The notes under the pieces: generated by a model
Database searches by the model: none
Told to the model about the DNA's origin: nothing
Seen by the model: only the letters and a program-made list of their open reading frames with translations
Source: Nibricoccus sp.
GTDB lineage: Bacteria > Verrucomicrobiota > Verrucomicrobiia > Opitutales > Opitutaceae
Length of the DNA: 64,000 bases
Direction of reading: 5' to 3'
NCBI GenBank assembly: GCA_047602425.1
Contig: JASGHG010000001.1
Span: forward strand, 288,001-352,000
Shown here: positions 8,445-16,476 of the stretch, piece after piece
Layout: every line of letters begins with the position of its first letter
Position numbering within the stretch: position 1 is the first letter of the stretch
Made by a program: the position numbers and the translations under genes

Positions 8445-8543
8445 GCATATCGTTACAGGTGAGCCACGGCTATGGCCGGCGCGACGCGTGCCACGCACGC
8501 GGCGTGACGGACATAGACGTTGCGCTCTAGCGGCTGGTTGGGC
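8445..8543 (-). other. attC site 9 with non-canonical R' (G/ATATGC)
   Basis: GCATATCGTT...GTTGGGC. Confidence 0.85.
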
Positions 8544-8553
8544 TCCGTCGTTT

Positions 8554-8763
8554 TCATTTTTTCTTTTTCCCTCGGCGACTCACTGGCTTCAGCTTGTTCT
8601 TCTTTTTTGAAACGCTCGCCGCCAGTTTCGATGCGAGATACCCAACCACGTATTCTTTCTTCGTTTGGAGGATAAAGTCTCGATTGCTTTCAAGATCACC
8701 GATCGCTCGCGACAAAATCCGCCATGTTTTCGTGGCTCGGTATTCGGAATACGGGGACGTCAT
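8554..8763 (-). CDS. Cassette: small basic protein with Lys-rich tail
   Basis: MTSPYSEYRATKTW...RRGKKKK, 69 aa. Confidence 0.75.
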   Translation of the reverse strand: MTSPYSEYRATKTWRILSRAIGDLESNRDFILQTKKEYVVGYLASKLAASVSKKKNKLKPVSRRGKKKK

Positions 8764-8768
8764 CTTTT

Positions 8769-8867
8769 GCCCAACGTTATAGGTCAGCCACGCCTGTGCT
8801 CGGCGCGACGGCTGCTCCGCAGCCGGCGTGACGAGCATAGGCGTTGTGCTGTAGCGCCTGGTTAGGC
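8769..8867 (-). other. attC site 10 (vacant CTGTA target)
   Basis: GCCCAAC...GTTAGGC. Confidence 0.92.
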
Positions 8868-9227
8868 ATCTTTGTATTTTGTTACAAGTCGGTAATCAGA
8901 TAAAACTACCGCAATTGCCTTCTCGCTAACGTAGCCGTCTTCGCCGACCTCGTCATGATAAATACGATAAAGCGGACCTCCTTCACCGTCGGCCACACGG
9001 ATAAAATAAGGGTCTCCAGTACCAATACTGCAACCACCGACAGGAATATAACCGTCCTTATTTACAGCAATACCCGGATACAATTCTTCTGACTCTACGC
9101 GTGAGCCTTCTTCATCAAGCCATTCGATTACCGCACCAACACCAGATAAATCTTCGGCCACGGGTATTTCGATTTCCGTACCGATCAAATTATTATCTTG
9201 GGCAAATTTCTTCCAATACGGTGTCAT
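8862..9227 (-). CDS. Cassette: SMI1/KNR4 (SUKH)-like putative immunity protein
   Basis: YIPVGGCSIGTGDPYFI...GPLYRIYHD pattern resembles SUKH C-terminal strands. Confidence 0.55.
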   Translation of the reverse strand: MTPYWKKFAQDNNLIGTEIEIPVAEDLSGVGAVIEWLDEEGSRVESEELYPGIAVNKDGYIPVGGCSIGTGDPYFIRVADGEGGPLYRIYHDEVGEDGYVSEKAIAVVLSDYRLVTKYKDA

Positions 9228-9237
9228 ACTTTTTTCT

Positions 9238-9336
9238 GCCTAACGTTATAGATCTGCCGCGAGCGTGTCCGGCACGGAATGTGCGCAAGCATAGTCCGTG
9301 ACGGATATGCTCGTTGGCAGTAGCGCCTAGTTCGGC
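9238..9336 (-). other. attC site 11
   Basis: GCCTAAC...GTTCGGC. Confidence 0.9.
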
Positions 9337-9337
9337 T

Positions 9338-9835
9338 TCATTTTCTTGCTTTGAACTCTTCTTTGAGCACAGAAATGAACAGCATCTCCGGCGAGACTCG
9401 GTTTTGAGGGTAGCGTACACGATAATAGATCTCTACTCGTCGCGCATCCATCGGCACTGCGTACTCTTCTATCGCCATATGCCCCGTCAGCTTATCGAGC
9501 GACTTTAATGTCCATATTTGCGATACAGGCACTTGATAGATCATCGTCTCCGTCAACACTGGTTCGTAATACTCCAGCCCCGGCTCAATATCCGAACCGC
9601 GAACCGGCATCGACGTGACAGATACACCATCCACGTAAACGGCGCTGATCTGGAGTCCAACGACAGGACTAAGGTAATAACTAGCGGACCGACCTGCCGG
9701 TAGAGCAAAAACCTCATTCCGTAGATCGGAGAAATGCGTCGTGACAAAGCGGATCTGCTCCGTCGCCTTAGGCTCACCCTGCGCCACAACTGCAGCGTAG
9801 AGAAATACAATAACGATTGTCGCTAGGTGTTTCAT
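9338..9835 (-). CDS. Cassette: secreted hypothetical protein
   Basis: Signal peptide MKHLATIVIVFLYAAVVAQG. Confidence 0.78.
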   Translation of the reverse strand: MKHLATIVIVFLYAAVVAQGEPKATEQIRFVTTHFSDLRNEVFALPAGRSASYYLSPVVGLQISAVYVDGVSVTSMPVRGSDIEPGLEYYEPVLTETMIYQVPVSQIWTLKSLDKLTGHMAIEEYAVPMDARRVEIYYRVRYPQNRVSPEMLFISVLKEEFKARK

Positions 9836-9840
9836 ATTTT

Positions 9841-9940
9841 GCCGAACGTTCAAGATCAGCCACGACCGCAGATGGCGCGGGTCGTGCGCCAGCACGAACC
9901 GTGACAGCTGTGGTCGTTGTGCTGTGGCGCCTTGTTCGAT
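9841..9940 (-). other. attC site 12
   Basis: GCCGAAC...GTTCGAT. Confidence 0.88.
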
Positions 9941-9955
9941 CGGTTTGCTCTCTGA

Positions 9956-10285
9956 CTAGAGCAGGTCATGCGTAGTAAAGGGATCACGACCGATCGACGC
10001 TGAGTGAACTCTGAAATGGGCGCGTAAAATCGCTTCGACCTGCGAATTTTCGAGCGCCTGGTGCTGAACGGCATCGAGCAGAATACCTGAATCGTCGTTT
10101 CCGATCTTCTCTTGGGAGTCGTCACACTGACAGCAGCCGTAGCCGTCGAAAGAGATTCTGACCAAGCCAACCCGCCCTCCTTGATCAACGTCGAAATCAG
10201 CAAACACGCTGTCGTCCTGTAGGGCCAAGCAGAACTTGCATGGCCTTGTCGGCATCGTAGGCGCTACTCGTATGGAAAGGGCCAT
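9956..10285 (-). CDS. Cassette: Cys-rich hypothetical protein
   Basis: CKFC and GYGCCQC motifs. Confidence 0.78.
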   Translation of the reverse strand: MALSIRVAPTMPTRPCKFCLALQDDSVFADFDVDQGGRVGLVRISFDGYGCCQCDDSQEKIGNDDSGILLDAVQHQALENSQVEAILRAHFRVHSASIGRDPFTTHDLL

Positions 10286-10293
10286 GGGTCTGT

Positions 10294-10392
10294 GCCGAAC
10301 GTCAACGGTGAGCCACGCCTGTGCTCGGCGCGACGGCTGCCCCGCAGCTGGCGTGACGAGCATAGGCGTTGTGCTCTAGCGCCTTGTTCGGC
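10294..10392 (-). other. attC site 13
   Basis: GCCGAAC...GTTCGGC. Confidence 0.92.
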
Positions 10393-10396
10393 TGTT

Positions 10397-10837
10397 TTAT
10401 GGAGCGAATGTATAAGGCGGAGGACACAACTGAATCGTAGAATCGATATATGTCTTAACTATCTTAAAAGTCTTTTTGTCTTCCCTTTCGCATGAAAAAA
10501 CAGCCCACCCTTTTGAACTATCCAAAGTCCGTAATTCAAATATACCAGAATCCGGATCCTTCGTGACAAACAGCCATCGCCCCGCCCCTAAAGAAAAGCT
10601 ATCGCACTTAGAAAACTTGGTGCCAACATCGATTGCACTTATTTCAAGATCCTCGATCTTTTGGGTTTTCGTTATGCTTTCTTTCAGGAAAACGTGGAGA
10701 GCCCGAAAATCGTATCGTGAAGCAACGCTTCGCTGCCACTTTTTGCTAGCTCTTTTTAATTCGCTGCGGGATTCAGGGGTAAGTACTACAAAACCGCAGC
10801 TCAAGAACGCCAAGAGTAAAAGTAAAACTGGTTTCAT
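10397..10837 (-). CDS. Cassette: putative lipoprotein/secreted protein
   Basis: MKPVLLLLLAFLSC leader. Confidence 0.78.
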   Translation of the reverse strand: MKPVLLLLLAFLSCGFVVLTPESRSELKRASKKWQRSVASRYDFRALHVFLKESITKTQKIEDLEISAIDVGTKFSKCDSFSLGAGRWLFVTKDPDSGIFELRTLDSSKGWAVFSCEREDKKTFKIVKTYIDSTIQLCPPPYTFAP

Positions 10838-10841
10838 ATTT

Positions 10842-10939
10842 GCCGAACGTTAAAGATGTGCCGCGCCTATGGCTGGCGCGCCTCCTGCCCCGCAGGAGGC
10901 GTGACGGACATAGGCGTTGGCACTAGCGCCTGGTTCGCC
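10842..10939 (-). other. attC site 14
   Basis: GCCGAAC...GTTCGCC. Confidence 0.9.
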
Positions 10940-11370
10940 CTAATAAACCAGCGTGCTAAAGAGATTATAGCTACAAGCAAAGGCCCCCCGAACGTCCACA
11001 AGCTAATAAAGTCTATCTGTTTTACCGACGACAAAAAGGAAATCGAAACAGCACATCCTGAAATCAAGAGAATGGTCAAAATCAGTCTAAGCAATCTATG
11101 CTTCTTCGCTCGTGCACTAGTGATAAAGATCGAAGTAAAAACAGCGATTATGCTAAAGGGCGATAAAACCAAAACCGGGAAAAGTAGCACGCCAGAGACT
11201 GACCAACCGTGCAATCCGTCGTATGTGGAAGGAGCAAATACACTGACCGGGAAAAGCCACGAAAACGGAAAATATATCAGGATGGGGAAGCAAAGCGTCA
11301 GCTGGGCCATCGGCGATACAACCTCCATCGCAACACGGAAACCTCGGCCAAAGTTAATGCGTGTTTCCAT
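10867..11370 (-). CDS. Cassette: multi-pass membrane protein reading into its attC
   Basis: Four hydrophobic segments; stop lies inside attC 14. Confidence 0.72.
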   Translation of the reverse strand: METRINFGRGFRVAMEVVSPMAQLTLCFPILIYFPFSWLFPVSVFAPSTYDGLHGWSVSGVLLFPVLVLSPFSIIAVFTSIFITSARAKKHRLLRLILTILLISGCAVSISFLSSVKQIDFISLWTFGGPLLVAIISLARWFIRANQALVPTPMSVTPPAGQEARQP

Positions 11371-11373
11371 TCT

Positions 11374-11472
11374 GGCGAACGTTATAGGTGAGCCACGCCT
11401 GTGACCGGCGCGACGTGTGCCCCGCACACGGCGTGACGGACACAGGCGTTGTGCTCTAGCGCCTGGTTAGGC
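11374..11472 (-). other. attC site 15
   Basis: GGCGAAC...GTTAGGC. Confidence 0.92.
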
Positions 11473-11742
11473 CGTCTTCTTTTTGTCCCTGATTCCATCG
11501 AGATGTACTTTCCTGGCCTCGGCCTTTCGGGTTCGTTCAGCCACTCGACACTTGCGGCACCTTACCGCCTTCGTCTCGAACAGCCCTCCAGCAACTTCAT
11601 ACCACCATTTCTGCTGGCTAGCTTTCCAGACCTCAGCCTTCCCGCAATCCTTACAAACAAACGATTGGTCTTCGTAATAATCGGGAATCCACGGGCCTGC
11701 CATCGACTCCATCGATCGAATTTTTTCTGGATCGACTGGCAC
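11467..11742 (-). CDS. Cassette: zinc-ribbon domain protein
   Basis: YYEDQSFVCKDCG...QQKWWYE...RCRKCR, two CxxC pairs; upstream ATG at 11795 is out of frame. Confidence 0.75.
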   Translation of the reverse strand: MPVDPEKIRSMESMAGPWIPDYYEDQSFVCKDCGKAEVWKASQQKWWYEVAGGLFETKAVRCRKCRVAERTRKAEARKVHLDGIRDKKKTA

Positions 11743-11886
11743 GCGCTCTTCGGCGTCGGTTTAGCCGATTTGGTGTGCTTGCGGCCAAGGCTCATTTTCT
11801 GATTTTGCCTAACGTTTGAGGTCAGCCACGCCGTACTGGCGGGCAAAGATTAAAAGGACGGACGCGATCATAGGCGTTGCGCTGTA

Positions 11887-13643
11887 TGCTACTAATAGGC
11901 GGATGAGGTAACATAAGGGGCGGCCCCGGCACGGACTAGACGGTGACAAGCACGTAACCGGCACTCCTTAGCCGGAGCCGCAATCTAACCATGATAACGA
12001 ACAAAGCACTTAATGGCAGAACGCACTCCGGGCAACCGGAAACTCGCTGGGATATCGCCGTCGACGTTGGGCAAAAAGCACTGGACTGGTACGGTGAACT
12101 CGGGGCCCAGGCGCACCAAGGCCATATCGCCAATCGCAATGAGGCCATCCTCTCATGGCTGGAACAACTCAACACCCACGCCCGCCAGCACGGCCTTGGC
12201 GGCGTGCGCATCCTCTGCGAACCCACCGGCGGATACGAACGGCGCCTGCTGCGCGCGGCCCGCCAACTCGGCTGCGCCACCGCCTTGGTCAACGGCGAAG
12301 CCGTCCACCAGATGCAAGTGGTCGAGAACAACGATACCGGCAAAAGCGACATCAAAGATCCCCGCACGATTTTACTATTGGCCAAATGGAACAAAACCCT
12401 GACCGATCGTCCCCTCCAAGGCGAGTGGCTGCTCCTGCGCGAACTCAACGCCCGCTACGACCGGCTCGAACGCGACTCCACCCGCTGTAAAAACAGGATT
12501 CATAAACTGCTCCTCTCGCTCTTCCCCGAATTGAGCTTTAAAAACGACTGGCTCTTCGAAGGCCGCGCCGCCCAAGCCACGATCGCACTCTACGGCCTGA
12601 ACGCCGCCGCGATCCTCGCCGACGGCCTGGAACGCTGCACCGCCAAACTGCGCAACCACCACGTTGGCCCAAAGACCATCCAGCGACTCTTCGCCGACGC
12701 CCAGCGCTGCGCCCTGATCGACTCCGACCCCGACTGGCTGGCCCTGCTCGCCGAGGACCTGCGCGCCCTCTTTGCCGAACTCACCGTGCTGCGCACCCGC
12801 CGAACCAACACCCGCCAGCAAATGATCGCCCTGGTCGAACGCCTGCGCGCCCGCGGCGCCACCCGCCTGCAAGCCCATCCCGACCTGATCAGCCCCTTCA
12901 TGCTCGCCCGTGTCCTCGCCGAGACCGGACCGCTCCGGGACTTTGCCCACGTGCGCCAACTCTGGCGCTACGGCGGGCTCAACCTGCGGCCCCGCCAAAG
13001 CGGCACCATGCAAGGCCAACTCCGCCAAGCCAAACGCGGCCGCGCCCGCCTGCGCCACGTCCTCGCCCAAGCCGTCCTCAAACGCGTCGTGCACGGACAA
13101 CTCTACGGGCAATACTACCACGCCAAACGCGACACCGGCATGTGCGGCGGCAAAGCCATGACCGCGGTCGCCCGCAAGTTCCTCAAACTGCTCCACGGCC
13201 TTGAACGCTCGCCCCAACCCTTCGACCCGAAGCGCGTTTTCCGCTCCGCCGCCTAAACCACTTCCTTGATCTATTTTAGCCGACATTAACTTTTGCTTTT
13301 CCGGGAAACCCGCCGCTTGAGGGCCACCAGCCGTTCCGCACAGCCTCGCTGATGCTCAACTGTATGTTTTAAAGCCCCGACGGCGGGCCTCCCGGTCTTA
13401 CCGCCCTTTAAGTATCGTCCGGGCCAGCCCTCAAAAGCTGGACCAACTCATGGGGATCGTCGCGGAGGACCGGGCTCCTGGTTAAAGCGCCAAAACCATA
13501 TCCATCTCATGTAACCAAAACCACCTGCTACATCCTGCCCCCCGGGGCTCGTCCTCCGACGAGCTGGAGGCCCATTCTCGGACTCGCCCCTCTCCCCCCT
13601 GACGGCAAAATCAAACTTACCCCTTGATTTTACCTAAAGGGGA
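11887..13643 (+). mobile_element. IS110-family (IS1111-like) element copy 3, intact, 1757 bp
   Basis: Same ends and organisation as copy 2. Confidence 0.95.
11991..13256 (+). CDS. IS110-family DEDD transposase/recombinase
   Basis: Same protein as copy 2. Confidence 0.93.
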   Translation: MITNKALNGRTHSGQPETRWDIAVDVGQKALDWYGELGAQAHQGHIANRNEAILSWLEQLNTHARQHGLGGVRILCEPTGGYERRLLRAARQLGCATALVNGEAVHQMQVVENNDTGKSDIKDPRTILLLAKWNKTLTDRPLQGEWLLLRELNARYDRLERDSTRCKNRIHKLLLSLFPELSFKNDWLFEGRAAQATIALYGLNAAAILADGLERCTAKLRNHHVGPKTIQRLFADAQRCALIDSDPDWLALLAEDLRALFAELTVLRTRRTNTRQQMIALVERLRARGATRLQAHPDLISPFMLARVLAETGPLRDFAHVRQLWRYGGLNLRPRQSGTMQGQLRQAKRGRARLRHVLAQAVLKRVVHGQLYGQYYHAKRDTGMCGGKAMTAVARKFLKLLHGLERSPQPFDPKRVFRSAA

Positions 13644-13951
13644 GCGGCTGGTTCGGCTCCGTCTTGCTTCTCAAAAGGCTCAATGTGGCAATAGGGATAA
13701 GCTTCAGTCGCCGCGAAATACTTCTTGGTGAGCGATTCTTTAACGTCTGATAAGTGACGGATTTCTTCATGCTCACCGAGCACTACTATCTTCACTTTAA
13801 AATGGGTGGCGTATTCTTTCAGGGTGGCTTTCGCACCTTCTACTGACTCGTCACAGGTGTATCCAAGCGCATACGACATGATCCGCTCTTTTGTACGCTG
13901 TGGATGCCCGGGCAGCAGCTCTACGGACAATTGAAAGATCCTAAATTTCAT
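13634..13951 (-). CDS. Cassette: hypothetical protein (stop supplied by IS end)
   Basis: ORF reads through R'' into IS right end. Confidence 0.75.
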   Translation of the reverse strand: MKFRIFQLSVELLPGHPQRTKERIMSYALGYTCDESVEGAKATLKEYATHFKVKIVVLGEHEEIRHLSDVKESLTKKYFAATEAYPYCHIEPFEKQDGAEPAAPL

Positions 13952-13955
13952 TTTT

Positions 13956-14054
13956 GCCGAACGTTATAGGTGAGCCACGGCTATGTCCGGCGTGACTCGT
14001 GCCACGCACGAGGCATGACGGACATGGACGTTGTGCTCTAGCGCCTGGTTGGGC
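13956..14054 (-). other. attC site 17
   Basis: GCCGAAC...GTTGGGC. Confidence 0.92.
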
Positions 14055-14067
14055 GGTTTTCCAATCA

Positions 14068-14418
14068 TTAGAAAATCCTCGTTTCTCCCTTTCCTGTCCC
14101 TGCGTCGTGGTGCACCACAAAGTCGACTTTCTTCGACATCGAAAACTCAAGCATCTGCTGAAATAGTCCCTGTGCTTCCGCTGGCGGTACGTACAGGCAG
14201 CGCAAATCGATCTTAACTCTATCAGACGGCTTGAGCCCGTTCTGCGCTGCGATTCCGCCCTTAAGAATAAAAGTCATATATGCTGAAAACTTCTTCTCTA
14301 AATCGGCCATGATCGCGTCGATTTCGCTCCACTCACGCGACTCGAGCATGATCAATACTACCGTACCGTCGTGGTCCTGACCGAGAATATCAACCGAGGT
14401 ATGATCTTGTGTGGTCAT
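14068..14418 (-). CDS. Cassette: DUF6572-like protein
   Basis: VDILG..DGTVVLIM...W...LEKKFSAYMTFI..G pattern recalled from that family. Confidence 0.55.
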   Translation of the reverse strand: MTTQDHTSVDILGQDHDGTVVLIMLESREWSEIDAIMADLEKKFSAYMTFILKGGIAAQNGLKPSDRVKIDLRCLYVPPAEAQGLFQQMLEFSMSKKVDFVVHHDAGTGKGETRIF

Positions 14419-14422
14419 CTTT

Positions 14423-14512
14423 GCCCAACGTCAACGGTGAGCCACGCCATGAGCGACGTAGCTAAACAGAAAGGGACCAGCAATGGCGTTGTGCTCTAGC
14501 ATCTGGTTAGGC
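14423..14512 (-). other. attC site 18
   Basis: GCCCAAC...GTTAGGC. Confidence 0.9.
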
Positions 14513-14917
14513 TCCTTCAATCCCTTCTTTGAACTTCAAATGACGATTGCCGATGCGGTCTTCAGCGATGAGACCCACCACTCTTTCCGTGTCTATATAA
14601 TCTCCTAGCCTATCTAAAGGAATCGGCATAATAACCCTAAACAACGCCCGCGATAGTTCGGGCTTAATAATACTATTCTGTGAGCCAACAACAAGATACT
14701 CAGCCACCCGAGGATCATCTTTCCGGTGCCAAAGAAACGAAACTGCAACGGTCAGACGAAGGCCAAGTGGACTATCTGGCGATACGGGCTGCTCTCGTTT
14801 CTGGAGCACGAGATCAATCTCGGACATTAATTTTTCCAGTGATACCGTGGAAAGGGACCAGCGACGCAAAAGCTGCTCTAGATCATATTCCCACTGGGAC
14901 ATGTAGTAATCAATCAT
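14507..14917 (-). CDS. First cassette: hypothetical protein
   Basis: Follows attI core; stop overlaps R''. Confidence 0.78.
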   Translation of the reverse strand: MIDYYMSQWEYDLEQLLRRWSLSTVSLEKLMSEIDLVLQKREQPVSPDSPLGLRLTVAVSFLWHRKDDPRVAEYLVVGSQNSIIKPELSRALFRVIMPIPLDRLGDYIDTERVVGLIAEDRIGNRHLKFKEGIEGA

Positions 14918-14930
14918 GTGGTTCGTCTTC

Positions 14931-14960
14931 GCCTAACAGTGTATTATCCGGCACGAGAGT
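14931..14960 (-). other. Probable attI site
   Basis: Minus strand GGATAAT-ACACT-GTTAGGC: core site with 5-bp spacer and no attC palindrome upstream. Confidence 0.75.
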
Positions 14961-15521
14961 GCAGGATATCAAAGGTTATGGTTTTGAGATTTTGCATGGA
15001 GCTTTCCGTCTTCTGGATGAAATGCTTTTCGTTCGAAAAAAGGAGTTTAAAAAATTAAACCGCTGCCGCTACGTTTAAAGTTCCGGCACTTTTCTGCCAA
15101 AATTCTTCCACAAATAACAGCAATAAAAACCGGCGAGGGCATTTTCTTAACCAAGAGGCTGGGCTAAGATTTTTCTATTTTTGGATGTCATATCAATCTC
15201 GACCGGGAGATCTTCGACGGTTCCGCCCTTTGCTGGCGATCCGGAGAGGCGTCGATTACGACTTTCCTATTCCACTGTTAAATATCATCTTGCGTGGTCA
15301 ATAGATGGCTTCGCCCGGTCGCTTCGTCGAGAGAAACAACGCGGCATAACCTTTTCTTTGATCTAGCATTTTCCTAACTAATAAACCGTTCCAGCTTCAA
15401 CCCGTTCGGAACGAGTTGGCATGAAAAGGGACGATGGTGCGTGATATTACGGAAACGTTTTTGGCGGTTTTTGCCCACCTGAATTCTCTGATTCGCATCA
15501 ACAACGGTCCTGCCCCTTAAC

Positions 15522-16088
15522 ATGTTACCCAACGCCAAACCGAACAAAGAGGCCCAAAATCTGCCAAAAAATTCTTCCATGAAAACCGGCGTGCAAAATC
15601 CGGACTGGTCCAAGCCGGTGATCTTCCGCGAATGGCGTGACCACTTGATGCTGGAGCCGTTCGACGATGCTACGAAATCGCGGTATATCCGCGCGCTCAG
15701 AGAGTTCTTCGCCCATTGCAAGAAGTCTGGAAAGCTGGCCTCCATCGGGTTCGCCAAGGCTTACTTGGATGCAGGGACGGTTCAAGGCAAATGCGGTCCG
15801 GTCGATCGCGAGGCGTTGCGGTGGTTTTTCCACACTTACAAAAAAGAAGCCGTCCACCTGCGCCCCCGTTTCCAGCAGGCCACTTTCAAGCCTCAACCGA
15901 TGCCCATCTCCAAGGATGCTCCAGCGTGGGAGGCAAAGCTCATCCGCGCCGTCAGGGTGCGGGGGTTGCTGTGGAACACGGAACAGGCGTATCGCAATTG
16001 GTTGCGCCGGTTCGCCAAGGCCATCGGCCCAATGACTAAACCGGCGTTTCGCGGCTATGACATATTTGAAATGCCGCAGGGCGGATAA
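15522..16088 (+). pseudogene. intI: Truncated integron integrase (N-terminal SAM-like domains only)
   Basis: WEAKLIRAVRVRGLLWNTEQAYRNWLRRF matches the IntI N-terminus; divergent from array; no catalytic R-H-R-Y domain. Confidence 0.8.
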
Positions 16089-16254
16089 AGGGAAAGGTCC
16101 TCGTTGATTTAGGGAAGGGGCGCGACCGCCGTGCGCAGGCAAAGGCGGAGGAGGAGCATGAAGAAAGATAAAGAGAAGGAGGAAAGATATGGGGAAGACC
16201 GAAGCTTTAGATAAGGTGCTTGGGCAGAATCCCGGGAATTTTCCCGCCCTGGAG

Positions 16255-16329
16255 TGGTGCAAGCGCCGGGAGTCGAACCCGGATCAACGGCTTCGGAGAC
16301 CGCTACACTATCCATTGTGCTACGCCTGC
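16255..16329 (-). tRNA. tRNA-Arg (CCG)
   Basis: 75-nt cloverleaf GCAGGCG...CGCTTGC-ACCA, loop CT-CCG-AA, GTTCGACTC T-arm. Confidence 0.95.
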
Positions 16330-16476
16330 AATCGTGCGCAGACGTTCTTGCCTCTCTCCTCCCGATTCAAGGTTTTTCTCCAACGCTTCCCCTCCCGCCC
16401 GGCTTTCGGTTGAGTTTTCGTGTTGCGGCACGCGCCGTTTGGCTTTGGCCTCACGGTTTAACTCGCACGCCTTATC

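Larger units (their letters stand above)
11807..13657 (-). other. attC site 16, split by IS110 copy 3 (halves 11807-11886 and 13643-13657)
   Basis: Rejoined: ...GGCGTTGCGCTGTAGCGGCTGGTTCGGC; left half closely resembles attC 3. Confidence 0.9.
2..14960 (-). mobile_element. Integron gene-cassette array (18 attC sites, about 18 cassettes; continues beyond left edge)
   Basis: Short, more AT-rich, co-oriented minus-strand ORFs each separated by roughly 70-100 bp imperfect palindromes bounded by GCCNAAC...GTTNGGC cores; attI-like site and divergent integrase remnant at right end. Confidence 0.95.

Noticed and set aside
1718..13286. 303-aa antisense and other overlapping ORFs within the IS110 copies
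   Set aside because: Shadow frames of a GC-rich gene; recurrence reflects IS duplication
1229..13643. Group IIC-attC intron as the attC invader
   Set aside because: Encoded protein has DEDD IS110 motifs and no reverse-transcriptase YADD motif
2..14512. CRISPR array interpretation of the recurring repeats
   Set aside because: Repeats are about 70-100 bp, variable, separated by whole genes and carry attC cores; no cas genes
14960..15521. Pc/Pint promoters and a LexA box
   Set aside because: A minus-strand TTGACC near 15300 lacks a well-spaced -10, and CGTTCGGAACG near 15403 does not fit TGTTC-N4-GAACA spacing
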